61,017 nt of DNA from a bacterium (GTDB taxonomy: Bacteria; RUG730), in the NCBI GenBank assembly GCA_031551405.1, contig JAVBNQ010000001.1, forward strand, positions 1-61,017, in the 5' to 3' direction. Below the pieces are notes generated by a model. The model saw only the letters and a program-made list of their open reading frames with translations. It was not told where the DNA came from and did no database searches. Shown piece after piece: positions 18,195 through 28,449 of this stretch. Numbering within the stretch: the stretch's first letter is position 1; every line of letters begins with the position of its first letter. The translations under genes and the position numbers were made by a program.

Positions 18195-18390
18195 AGTCTC
18201 ATCTTGATTCTTGCCGCTTTCCCGTAAATAATCCAAATTTTCAGTGAAAAATTTAATCGGATAAAATTCAGAGAATTTATATTTTCGTTTTCTTCAAATT
18301 GAAAAACCGTTTTTCTTTTCCAGCCCCCACATTGAGATTTTCATTTCTTCCGAACGCGAGTCGTTGCGCGACGAGCATATTTTTGTTCCC

Positions 18391-18417
18391 GTCATTCCGC
18401 ACTTTATGCGGAATCCA
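18391..18417. repeat. REP-like palindrome GTCATTCCGCA-CTTTA-TGCGGAATCCA
   Basis: 8-bp perfect stem ATTCCGCA/TGCGGAAT with GTC and CCA flanks. Confidence 0.65.
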
Positions 18418-18449
18418 AAAATCAAGAAAAATTCAGAAAAATAATAGCC

Positions 18450-18842
18450 GCTTTTTTTTACTCCGAATTTACTTTTTTATCTTTCCGTCCACACGTTGAG
18501 ATTTTCATTTATATCGTGCGCGGCCTACTTTTTTCTCGAAAAACCAGCTCCAAAGCCGCAGGTTTTTCGAGCTTTTCCTAGGCTTTTCCTCGCAGAACTC
18601 GCTCCGTTCCACTTCGCTCATACAACCGCGAGTAAGGTATTTTTACTCTCACCCCCGCCGGAAATTTTGCCCCTTCCTAAAGTTTTTTCGTCTACTTTTA
18701 AGAGTCTACAACCGCTAAATTTTAAAAACCTTGTTAAAATTTTCTTATTCTCGAGAGATTTTTTTGTTTATTTCTATCTTCTATTTTTTGTCTTTTTTTA
18801 AATGTCTGCATAGCGAAGAAAAAATGAAAAAATCCAAAAATT
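18450..18842 (-). repeat. Structured intergenic repeat, type A unit plus linker (copy 1)
   Basis: Reverse complement aligns with 60301-60535 and 60790-61017; 18784-18814 is the exact reverse complement of 60817-60847. Confidence 0.88.
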
Positions 18843-19583
18843 TTAAAGACCACAAACCTCGCAATCCTTATCTTTTTGCAAATCTACAACTCTAAAACTA
18901 TTCTCCAAAAAATTATAAATCAACATTTTATTAACGAGAAGTTCTCCAAGTTCAAGGAAATATTTTATTGCTTCAGCAGCCTGCAAAATTCCCAGAACTC
19001 CAGGCATAATTCCCAAAACCGCTTTGCTTTGAGAGTCTGGATTTTCGCCAGAAAAAACACAATTGTAACAAACGCTTTGTTTCGGCAAGATCGTCATAGT
19101 TTGGCCACAATAATCCAAGATTCCCGAGTATGAATACGGCTTATTCTTGTTTATGCAAATTTTGTTGATTAACTTTTTGCTCACGAAATTATCTGTACAA
19201 TCGAGTACAAAATCGTAATCGTCCAAAATTTCTTGATTGAATTCGTCAAAAAAAAGCTCGTAAGTTTTGACATTAATTTCCGGATTCAGAGCCAAAAGTT
19301 TTTGTTTTGCTGATAAAGTTTTTTTTGAGGTTAAATCGTTTGAGGTGTGAATTATTTGCCGATTAAGATTTGAAAGCTCGACGGAATCGAAATCAACAAT
19401 TCCGATATTTCCGACGCCGGCAGCAGCCAGATACAAAAGAGCGCTCGAGCCAAGTCCGCCCGCTCCAATCACTAAAACCCTAGAATCTTTCAAAATTTTT
19501 TGTTTTTTTTCACCAAAATCCGGCAGCAAAATATTTCGAGAATATCGAATTTTCTCGTTTTTTGACAAATCATTCAATGACAT
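18843..19583 (-). CDS. ThiF/MoeB/HesA-family adenylyltransferase
   Basis: RYSRNI, IGAGGLG, SNLNRQ, DCTDNF, two CxxC; ATG 19583 after GGAGG. Confidence 0.9.
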   Translation of the reverse strand: MSLNDLSKNEKIRYSRNILLPDFGEKKQKILKDSRVLVIGAGGLGSSALLYLAAAGVGNIGIVDFDSVELSNLNRQIIHTSNDLTSKKTLSAKQKLLALNPEINVKTYELFFDEFNQEILDDYDFVLDCTDNFVSKKLINKICINKNKPYSYSGILDYCGQTMTILPKQSVCYNCVFSGENPDSQSKAVLGIMPGVLGILQAAEAIKYFLELGELLVNKMLIYNFLENSFRVVDLQKDKDCEVCGL

Positions 19584-20628
19584 TTTCGATAAATCCTCCG
19601 CCAACCACTCTTTCTCCATCGTAAAAAGCCATAATTTGACCTGGCGTAATCGCTCGCTGTGGTTTATCAAAAATCACAACACTTTCATTCCCGTCATTCA
19701 AAATTTCCGCATTCTGCTCGAGATTTCGATATCTGATTTTTGCTTTAAAATGCACGCTTTTTTGTTTTGAAATTTCAGGATCAAGCCAATTTATATTTTT
19801 CACTAAACATTTTTTTGCAAATAATTCGCTATCTTCTCCGATGATAATTTGATTTGTCTCAGGTAAAATTTCTTTCACATACATTTTTTTCGAATGCGCG
19901 CCAATTCCTTTTCTTTGCCCGATTGTGAAATTTATGATTCCATCGTGAACGCCAACTTGTTCACCGCTCGACAAAACGATTTTGCCGGGCAAAGACTTTT
20001 GTGCAGCGCCCAATTTTTTGAGAGCATCACGGTATTCATTATTTGGAATAAAACAAATCTCTTGGCTTTCTTTTTTTTCTGAAACAGGCAATTTAACTTT
20101 TTGCGCCAAATCAAAAACTTCTTTTTTTGTCAATTCTCCGAGCGGAAATTTAATTTTTGAAATTTGATTTTGCGTCAAAAGCGAAAGAAAGTATGACTGA
20201 TCTTTTATTTTATCAACGCCTTTTTCGATAAAAAACAAATTTTTTCGCTCGTAAAAAACCGTTTTTGCGTAATGCCCCGTCGCTAAAAATTCTGCGCCAT
20301 TTTTTTGCGCTTCATCGAGCAAAAGCCCGAATTTTATGTACTTATTACAAATCGCGCAAGGATTCGGCGTTTTCCCTCGGGAATATACTTCGCAAAAATA
20401 ATTGATAACCTTACTCGTAAACTCCGACTTAAAATCAAGCTTGCGAATTTCAATGTTCAAAAATTTCGCGACCTTCTCGAGGTCGTCATGTTTTTGCTCG
20501 TCATTTGAACAAATTTTTGGCAAAAGCATGTGTAATCCGACGATTTCGTAACCTTTGTTTCTGAGGAGATAAGCCGCAAACGATGAATCAAGCCCGCCGC
20601 TCATAGCGACCGCTATTTTTGTGGTCAT
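19570..20628 (-). CDS. mnmA: tRNA 2-thiouridylase
   Basis: AMSGGLDS, TPNPCAICN, ATGHYA, KDQSYFL, ESQEICF. Confidence 0.97.
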   Translation of the reverse strand: MTTKIAVAMSGGLDSSFAAYLLRNKGYEIVGLHMLLPKICSNDEQKHDDLEKVAKFLNIEIRKLDFKSEFTSKVINYFCEVYSRGKTPNPCAICNKYIKFGLLLDEAQKNGAEFLATGHYAKTVFYERKNLFFIEKGVDKIKDQSYFLSLLTQNQISKIKFPLGELTKKEVFDLAQKVKLPVSEKKESQEICFIPNNEYRDALKKLGAAQKSLPGKIVLSSGEQVGVHDGIINFTIGQRKGIGAHSKKMYVKEILPETNQIIIGEDSELFAKKCLVKNINWLDPEISKQKSVHFKAKIRYRNLEQNAEILNDGNESVVIFDKPQRAITPGQIMAFYDGERVVGGGFIENVIE

Positions 20629-22049
20629 TTCTCGTCAGTAATTACGATTTCGTATTGATTGATTGGCGTTTTGTGGTCATAAATGAATTCTACGTCAAAC
20701 GTAATATTTTTTCTCAAAAATTTCTTTTTGTTCTTCATAAATCCTTCAAAATCTGGATTTAGATGCAGCAAAACTTTTTTGGGAGCCATGCCGGGATTTT
20801 GCTCAATTTTTTTGAGTTCAAGCTTGATCTTTGAAAGAATCGAATCTTTTGAATAAATTCTGCCGGTTCCTCGGCAATATGGACATTTGTCTGACAAAAA
20901 ACTTAAAATACTCTCGCTTTTTCGTTGCCTCGTCATCTCGATTAGCCCAACATCTGTTATTGGCCAAATTTTTATTTTAGCTTTGTCGAGTTTGACTGCT
21001 TCTTTCAAAGTATTGTAAACGTTTTTTCTATGCTCTTCTTTTTCCATATCGATAAAATCTATCACGATAATTCCGCCAATATTCCGCAATCTCAGCTGCA
21101 AAGCAATTTCTTTCACAGCCTCGAGATTAGTTTTCAGCACGACTTGCTCAAAATTTTCGCCTTTTGTGCTTCCGCTGTTCACGTCTATCGCACATAACGA
21201 CTCAGCCTCTTGAATAATCAAATATCCGCCTGATTTCAAATAAATCTTCTGTTTCATCATTTTTTCGCAAATCGAGTCAATATCGTATTCCTCAAACAAA
21301 GTTTTTCCGTCGTTATGAAAAATTATTTTCTCCGCGAATTCCGGGGCAATAAGTTTTGCAAAAGTAAGAGTTTTTTTATAATCTTCGAGAGAATCAATCG
21401 CGAAAAATTCCATTTCATCGTTCAATTTTTCTCGAACCATTTTAAAAAGAATATTATAATCTTGATGCAAAAGCTTTGGGTTTGAAGCTTTTTCGAAATT
21501 CTCCAAAATTTTTTTCCAAATATTCTTGAGATTTCTAATTTCGGTTTTAAAAATTTCCTCGTCAATATTTTCGGCTTTGCTCCTGATAATAAATCCGCCC
21601 GGAATTTTTTTTGTCAATTTTTCGAATATTTTTTTTAGTCTGTCGCGTTCATCTTGCGAAGCGATATTTTTAGAAATTCCGATACCTTTGTCGAGCGGTT
21701 GAAAGACCAAATATTTCCCGGGAAGCGAAATGTTTGTCGTGCATCTTGCGCCTTTTGTGCTGATCGGCCCTTTTGTGATTTGGATTAAAATTTTGTCGTC
21801 TTTTTTCAAATCTTCCGGCTTTTTTCCGACGATTTCATCAAACGGTAAGTACGCAGATTTTGAGATTCCGGCATTCAAAAACATTGCTTCCAAATTCGGC
21901 AAAATATTTTCGATTTTTGCGTAATAAATATTTCCCAAAATATTTTCGTCGTTCTCGCGTTCAACGAATAGTTCAGCAACTTCTGAATTCTCGAGGATTG
22001 CGACTTTTGTCTCCCATTCCTCACAAGTTGCTATTATAAATTTTTTCAT
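20625..22049 (-). CDS. rng: Ribonuclease G (Rne/Rng family)
   Basis: S1 domain, AIDVNSG, LRNIGGIIVIDFIDM, CPYCRGTG. Confidence 0.93.
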   Translation of the reverse strand: MKKFIIATCEEWETKVAILENSEVAELFVERENDENILGNIYYAKIENILPNLEAMFLNAGISKSAYLPFDEIVGKKPEDLKKDDKILIQITKGPISTKGARCTTNISLPGKYLVFQPLDKGIGISKNIASQDERDRLKKIFEKLTKKIPGGFIIRSKAENIDEEIFKTEIRNLKNIWKKILENFEKASNPKLLHQDYNILFKMVREKLNDEMEFFAIDSLEDYKKTLTFAKLIAPEFAEKIIFHNDGKTLFEEYDIDSICEKMMKQKIYLKSGGYLIIQEAESLCAIDVNSGSTKGENFEQVVLKTNLEAVKEIALQLRLRNIGGIIVIDFIDMEKEEHRKNVYNTLKEAVKLDKAKIKIWPITDVGLIEMTRQRKSESILSFLSDKCPYCRGTGRIYSKDSILSKIKLELKKIEQNPGMAPKKVLLHLNPDFEGFMKNKKKFLRKNITFDVEFIYDHKTPINQYEIVITDEK

Positions 22050-22076
22050 TTTTTCTCCAATTTTAATTTGTATAAT

Positions 22077-23624
22077 TTAATCTTTTCGCGCTAATTTTGC
22101 CCTTAAAAAATTTGTGAACAAAACAACTTCTTTTACTCTAAAAATATAACAAAAAATAAAATATGTCAAAACCCCTGAAACTAAAGGAATAAAGACGCTA
22201 AAAAGTTTATTGAAATGATGAAGTTTTGGAATAAAAAACAGAATAATTCCCATTATCATGCTCGACGCTAAAATCTTCAAAAAATTATTCAAAGTTTGCA
22301 TAAAACCCAAATTCCCAATTTTCCCGCGTAATTTGTAAGCGAGGAGACTTGCGTTTAAAAATGACGAAAGCGAAGTCGCTAAGGCCAATCCTCCAACTTC
22401 TAAAAATTGCATCAATACCGCATTCAAAATAACGTTACTCATCACGCAAATCGCAGCAATTTTAACCGGAGTTTTTGTGTCTTTTAATGAGTAAAAAGCT
22501 GTTGATAAAATTTTCACTAGCGCGTAAGCGATAAGACCAACGCAATAAAATTTTAGCGCTGAGCTCGACATTTGCGACGCGGCAGCATCAAATTTTCCGC
22601 GTTCAAAAAGCAGTTTTATGATCGGTTTTGCCAAAATTATTAACCCAATTGTCGACGGAAGAATAAAAAAACTCATGATGTTGATATTTTCGCGTAATTG
22701 GTTTTTCATAACGTCGTAATTTTCAAAACTAGCGGACTTCGAAAGAACCGGCAACGAGACGGACGAAACCGCTACTCCAAAAAGCGAAAGCGGCAAAAGC
22801 ATTAAATGATTCGAGTAGTAAAGCGCACTCACGCTGCCTTCTCTCAGCCACGACGCGAATATGATATCGACAAACGCGCTAATTTGATCGACAGAAACTC
22901 CAATAGTCGCAGGCAGCATCAAGAGACAAACTTTTCGAAAGCCTTCATTTTTAAAATCAAAACAAAATTTTACTTTTATTTTTTGTTTGATTATCGGAAT
23001 CATTTGAAAGAGCCCTTGCGAAAGCCCGCCTAAAACCACGCCTATCGAGAGACCGACGATAGGAGCGCTCATAAAAGGACAAACACAAAACATAAAAAAT
23101 AATTCGGAAATACTGAGAAAACAAGACGAAAGTGCCGAATAAACAAAAATATGGTGAACGTACAAAATTCCCATAAAAAATGCCGCAAGCCCGATTGTAA
23201 TAAAAAATGGAAACATAATTCTCGTTAATAAAATCGCAAGTTTTAATTTGTCAGGGCTGGCTTTGAATCCCGGAGCAATGATGGTGAGGATAAAAGGCGT
23301 GAAGATTATTCCCAAAATCGTTAAAACTACAAGCAAACTCGTCAACACAAAATAAATCGTTCCGAGAAATTTCTCTTGTTCTTCCTTGGTTTTATGCGCT
23401 ATATAGTCTGTATAAACCGGCACAAAAGACGAGACTAATGCGCCTTCTCCGAGTAAACGACGTAACAAATTAGGGATTCGGTAGGAAACGTAAAATGCAT
23501 CGGCAATAGCTCCGGCGCCAAAATAATGCGCTATCGCCATATCTCGCAAATATCCCAAAATCCGAGAAATCAACGTGCTTCCGGCAATTTTAGTTATATT
23601 TTTATACAGCTTATTTTTTTCCAT
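22077..23624 (-). CDS. murJ: Lipid II flippase MurJ
   Basis: SRILGYLRD, RIPNLLRRLLGEG, DTKTPVK; polytopic membrane protein. Confidence 0.96.
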   Translation of the reverse strand: MEKNKLYKNITKIAGSTLISRILGYLRDMAIAHYFGAGAIADAFYVSYRIPNLLRRLLGEGALVSSFVPVYTDYIAHKTKEEQEKFLGTIYFVLTSLLVVLTILGIIFTPFILTIIAPGFKASPDKLKLAILLTRIMFPFFITIGLAAFFMGILYVHHIFVYSALSSCFLSISELFFMFCVCPFMSAPIVGLSIGVVLGGLSQGLFQMIPIIKQKIKVKFCFDFKNEGFRKVCLLMLPATIGVSVDQISAFVDIIFASWLREGSVSALYYSNHLMLLPLSLFGVAVSSVSLPVLSKSASFENYDVMKNQLRENINIMSFFILPSTIGLIILAKPIIKLLFERGKFDAAASQMSSSALKFYCVGLIAYALVKILSTAFYSLKDTKTPVKIAAICVMSNVILNAVLMQFLEVGGLALATSLSSFLNASLLAYKLRGKIGNLGFMQTLNNFLKILASSMIMGIILFFIPKLHHFNKLFSVFIPLVSGVLTYFIFCYIFRVKEVVLFTNFLRAKLARKD

Positions 23625-23630
23625 TTTGTA

Positions 23631-24968
23631 TTATTCTTCGACGATCTCGCCAATCAAAGAATGCTCAGAAATTTCGTAAATTCTAACTTTATCTAATTTT
23701 CCAATTCTGTCGTCTTTAAAATTTGCAAAAACCTTTTTGTAATTTCGAGTTCTTCCCTCAAGCATTTTTTTTGTTTCATAAACTTTTACATTTTCCCACA
23801 AAATTTCTTGCGAGGTATTTTTCAATTTATCATGAATATTTTTTGAAATCATGCTCGCAGTTTCGTGTAGCAAACTTAGTCGCGCTTCTTTAATTTCCTT
23901 CGGAATTTCGTCTGGATAATTTTTATACGCAACAGTTCCTTCTCGAGGAGAATATTTAAACGAATAAATGTTGTCGAGCTCACACTTTTTCAACAAATCC
24001 AAGGTTTCCGCAAAATCCTCGCCTGTCTCTCCCGGATATCCAACAATAACATCTCCTGTAATAGCAACATTTGGAATAGTATTTCGTATCATTTGAATTT
24101 TGTCAAAATATTCTTCTCTCGTGTATTGCCTGTTCATGCTTTTTAAAATTTTATTCGAGCCGCTCTGAAATGGAATGTGAATATGCTCGCAAACTTTTGA
24201 CAAATTTTTAATTTTTTCGAGAAAATCCTGAGTCACGCTTTTTGGATGCGACGTTACAAATCTCAAGCGCTCAAGCCCACCAATTCCGTTCAATTTCACA
24301 AGTACATTTTCAAGTTTCTCGTTTATGTCAACTCCGTAAATATTCACGTTTTGTCCAAGTAAAACAATTTCTTTGACTCCGGATTTCACGAGTTCGGAAG
24401 CTTCGTCATAAATTTCATCCAAACTCCTGCTGTTTTCTTTGCCTCGCACAAACGGAACTATGCAATAACTGCAAAAATTTGTACAGCCTCGCACAACTGT
24501 GATAAACGCTGAAACCGAGTTTGATTTTTTCGTCTTGAAACCTTTGATTTCGTAATCGAGATTTGTTCGTATGATTTTTTGATTTTGGTTGGTTTTATCG
24601 TCTGAATTTTCGAAATGCGTTTGGATGAGTTTTGGCAGCTGATACATGTCTTTTGTTCCCAAAACAAAATCCACAAAATCCAATTTCTTTACAATTTTCT
24701 CGCCAAGTTTTTGCGCCACACAGCCGATTATTCCGACTAAAAGTTTTGGATTTTTATGTTTTAGTTTTCTTGTTGCTCCGAGTTCGCTTATCGCTTTATG
24801 CTCGGAAAGGCTGCGAATCGCACAAGTATTAAACAAAATCAAGTCAGCTTTTTTAATATCATCAGTAATTTTATAGCCATATTCTTCCAGGCTTTCGCTA
24901 ATCAAGACAGAATCATAAACGTTCATTTGGCAGCCAAATGTTCTGATAAAAAATTTTTTTTCGTACAT
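23631..24968 (-). CDS. miaB: tRNA i6A37 methylthiotransferase
   Basis: TFGCQMNVYDS, NTCAIR, CTNFCSYC, LLGQNVN, TRAM domain. Confidence 0.95.
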   Translation of the reverse strand: MYEKKFFIRTFGCQMNVYDSVLISESLEEYGYKITDDIKKADLILFNTCAIRSLSEHKAISELGATRKLKHKNPKLLVGIIGCVAQKLGEKIVKKLDFVDFVLGTKDMYQLPKLIQTHFENSDDKTNQNQKIIRTNLDYEIKGFKTKKSNSVSAFITVVRGCTNFCSYCIVPFVRGKENSRSLDEIYDEASELVKSGVKEIVLLGQNVNIYGVDINEKLENVLVKLNGIGGLERLRFVTSHPKSVTQDFLEKIKNLSKVCEHIHIPFQSGSNKILKSMNRQYTREEYFDKIQMIRNTIPNVAITGDVIVGYPGETGEDFAETLDLLKKCELDNIYSFKYSPREGTVAYKNYPDEIPKEIKEARLSLLHETASMISKNIHDKLKNTSQEILWENVKVYETKKMLEGRTRNYKKVFANFKDDRIGKLDKVRIYEISEHSLIGEIVEE

Positions 24969-25020
24969 TGAAAATCCTTTATGATGAGGAAGGAAGCGAG
25001 GAATTTATTCTTCAAAAGTT

Positions 25021-26337
<1,317 letters not shown>

Positions 26338-26490
26338 TTAAAACCTCCAAATAAAACTTACTTTTTAAAAATAAAAATTGATCAAAAAATTTTTAAAACG
26401 CATTATACCAAAAACTTGTTGTTTAGTTTAGCGAATTTTGAAAATATTTTTAAGATCGCGGCTTCCGTAACGCGTTTTTACGCCCAAAAC

Positions 26491-28449
26491 TTATTCGTTC
26501 AAATTCAACTTATTTTTAGCCAATCTATTGTTGTATTGTTGCAAAATCGCTTTTAAAAAATTTTCTGATTTTACAATATTCTCGCTATATTTTTTATCCG
26601 AGATCAAATTATTTTGAAGAGTTCTATCTTTTGTTGCGTCGTAAAATCCAATAGAATTTTGTCCGTCGAATAAAAGCAAAAAATTATCCTCAAGCAATTG
26701 ATAAATTCCGCCGCTATGATTGACGCTAAAATGCTTCGACTCATTGTCAAAAATGCTCGAGCCAAAAGCAAAATATTTTTTGTCATAACCAATATAATCT
26801 AAAATCGACGGAAAAATATCGATTTGCTGCATCACTTCGTGTTCTTTGAAGGCTTTGAAAAATTCACGATTTTTCGGGTGATAAAAAATTATAGGAATCG
26901 AATACATTCCAAGCGCATTTTTATATTTGTCGTTATAAACTTCAGAAGTGTGATCAGCTGTGATAATAAAAAGCGTATCATCAAACCAGCTCTCTTTTTG
27001 GGCTCTTTCGAAAAATTTTTGTAAAGCAAAATCTGTGTATTCAATTGTACGTTGAATTTTTATCGGAGTTTCCGGGAATTTATTTTTGTATTTATCCGGA
27101 ATTTTGTACGGATGATGCGACGACAAAGTGAAAATATGCGCAAAAAACGGTTTTTTGAATCTTGTGAATTCGTCTACGCAGTATTGCAAAAAATCTTCGT
27201 CGTAAATTCCCCACGTTCCGTCATAATATTTACCGATTGAATCGCCTTTCCCTCGAGCATAAGTATTAAACTCGTTCATTCCGTAATATTTATCAAAAGA
27301 TTTTGCCTCGATAAAATACTCGAAATCCATCGTCCCATTTTCTCCGCCATGCAAAAATGCAGTGTAATAGCCTTCGCTTTTTAGAATGTCCGCAATACTT
27401 TTTATATTATTGTTAGCGTAAATCGAGCTGATAAAATCGTTATTCATTAAACTCGGTAAACTCAACAAAATTGACGGAAGAGCTTCGATTGAGCGTTTGC
27501 CATTCGCGTAACCATCGCAAACGAAGCTTTCTTTTATCAATTCATCGAGGAACGGCGTATAGCCTTTCTCGTCATTAAAATGTCCAATATGTTCCGTCGA
27601 TAAGCTCTCAACCATCAAAATAATTATGTTCGGCTTTTTCTTTTTTTGATCTAAAAATAGCGATGGATTTCTTTTGACAGAATATATTTGATTCAAAGTT
27701 CCGTCGTCATAATAAGACAAAACCGGAACAAAATTTTGCCCGATAGTTTTCATTATGCTAAAAGGCGTGTTCAAAATAATCGGCGCTTCTTTGACGGAAA
27801 AATAGCTCGACGCAGTGATCAAAGTCAAAGGTTTTAGCTGCAAACCGCCTCTAGCTCCGATGACAAAAAATACCGTTAAACAAAAAAAAGCAAAGATTTT
27901 TTTTGAAATATATCGTGGATATGAGGTTTTGACTTGCTTACGTTTGTGGCTAATCTTTTTAAAAATGATTGCCAAAATCCAAGAAATCGCGACAAAAATT
28001 AAAATTACATACCAAAAATCGCGCATGAATTTGGGTAAAAGTTCCTTAAAATTCCACTCGAGCTCGAGATATTTAAAAATGTCGTAAGTCATTCTTTTGA
28101 GCGTGTAGCGAAAGTAAACAATATCGATTATTCCGATGATGATTGCGAATAAATTCGGGATATAAAAAAATAAATCCGTCAATCGCCGATAAAGCTTAGA
28201 CGTCATAAAACTGAACGGCAAAATGCTCAAAAAAACATAAACTGAATTAGTCAAAAATATTGCAACTATATCAAACCTAATTCCATAAACTAAACATTTA
28301 AGAAAAGTTGCAAAAGAAATTTCATTAAACCAATTACGATTTATCGCAAAAAAAAGAATTCTTAGAGCTGAAAATATCGCTAAAATCACAAAAAGTCTCA
28401 AAAAAATTACTTTGTAAATATTGTCTTTGTACAAAATTTTCTTTGGCAT
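26491..28449 (-). CDS. LTA synthase-like / sulfatase-fold membrane phosphotransferase
   Basis: Five N-terminal TM helices; PNIIILMVESL, LSSHHPY, ITADH alkaline-phosphatase-superfamily motifs. Confidence 0.85.
   Translation of the reverse strand: MPKKILYKDNIYKVIFLRLFVILAIFSALRILFFAINRNWFNEISFATFLKCLVYGIRFDIVAIFLTNSVYVFLSILPFSFMTSKLYRRLTDLFFYIPNLFAIIIGIIDIVYFRYTLKRMTYDIFKYLELEWNFKELLPKFMRDFWYVILIFVAISWILAIIFKKISHKRKQVKTSYPRYISKKIFAFFCLTVFFVIGARGGLQLKPLTLITASSYFSVKEAPIILNTPFSIMKTIGQNFVPVLSYYDDGTLNQIYSVKRNPSLFLDQKKKKPNIIILMVESLSTEHIGHFNDEKGYTPFLDELIKESFVCDGYANGKRSIEALPSILLSLPSLMNNDFISSIYANNNIKSIADILKSEGYYTAFLHGGENGTMDFEYFIEAKSFDKYYGMNEFNTYARGKGDSIGKYYDGTWGIYDEDFLQYCVDEFTRFKKPFFAHIFTLSSHHPYKIPDKYKNKFPETPIKIQRTIEYTDFALQKFFERAQKESWFDDTLFIITADHTSEVYNDKYKNALGMYSIPIIFYHPKNREFFKAFKEHEVMQQIDIFPSILDYIGYDKKYFAFGSSIFDNESKHFSVNHSGGIYQLLEDNFLLLFDGQNSIGFYDATKDRTLQNNLISDKKYSENIVKSENFLKAILQQYNNRLAKNKLNLNE

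Noticed and set aside
18589-18632. Repeat core as a hammerhead or other self-cleaving ribozyme
   Set aside because: TGTATGA only superficially resembles CTGATGA; I could not build the three-stem hammerhead geometry or the twister, pistol or HDV consensus
18299-18801. ORFs 18299-18499 and 18496-18801
   Set aside because: They overlap repeat modules; the related ORFs at 60 kb have different ends and composition typical of non-coding sequence
24985-25002. AGGAAGGAAGC resembling the SRP RNA core
   Set aside because: No upstream CAGG partner or flanking stems, and the gap is only about 50 nt
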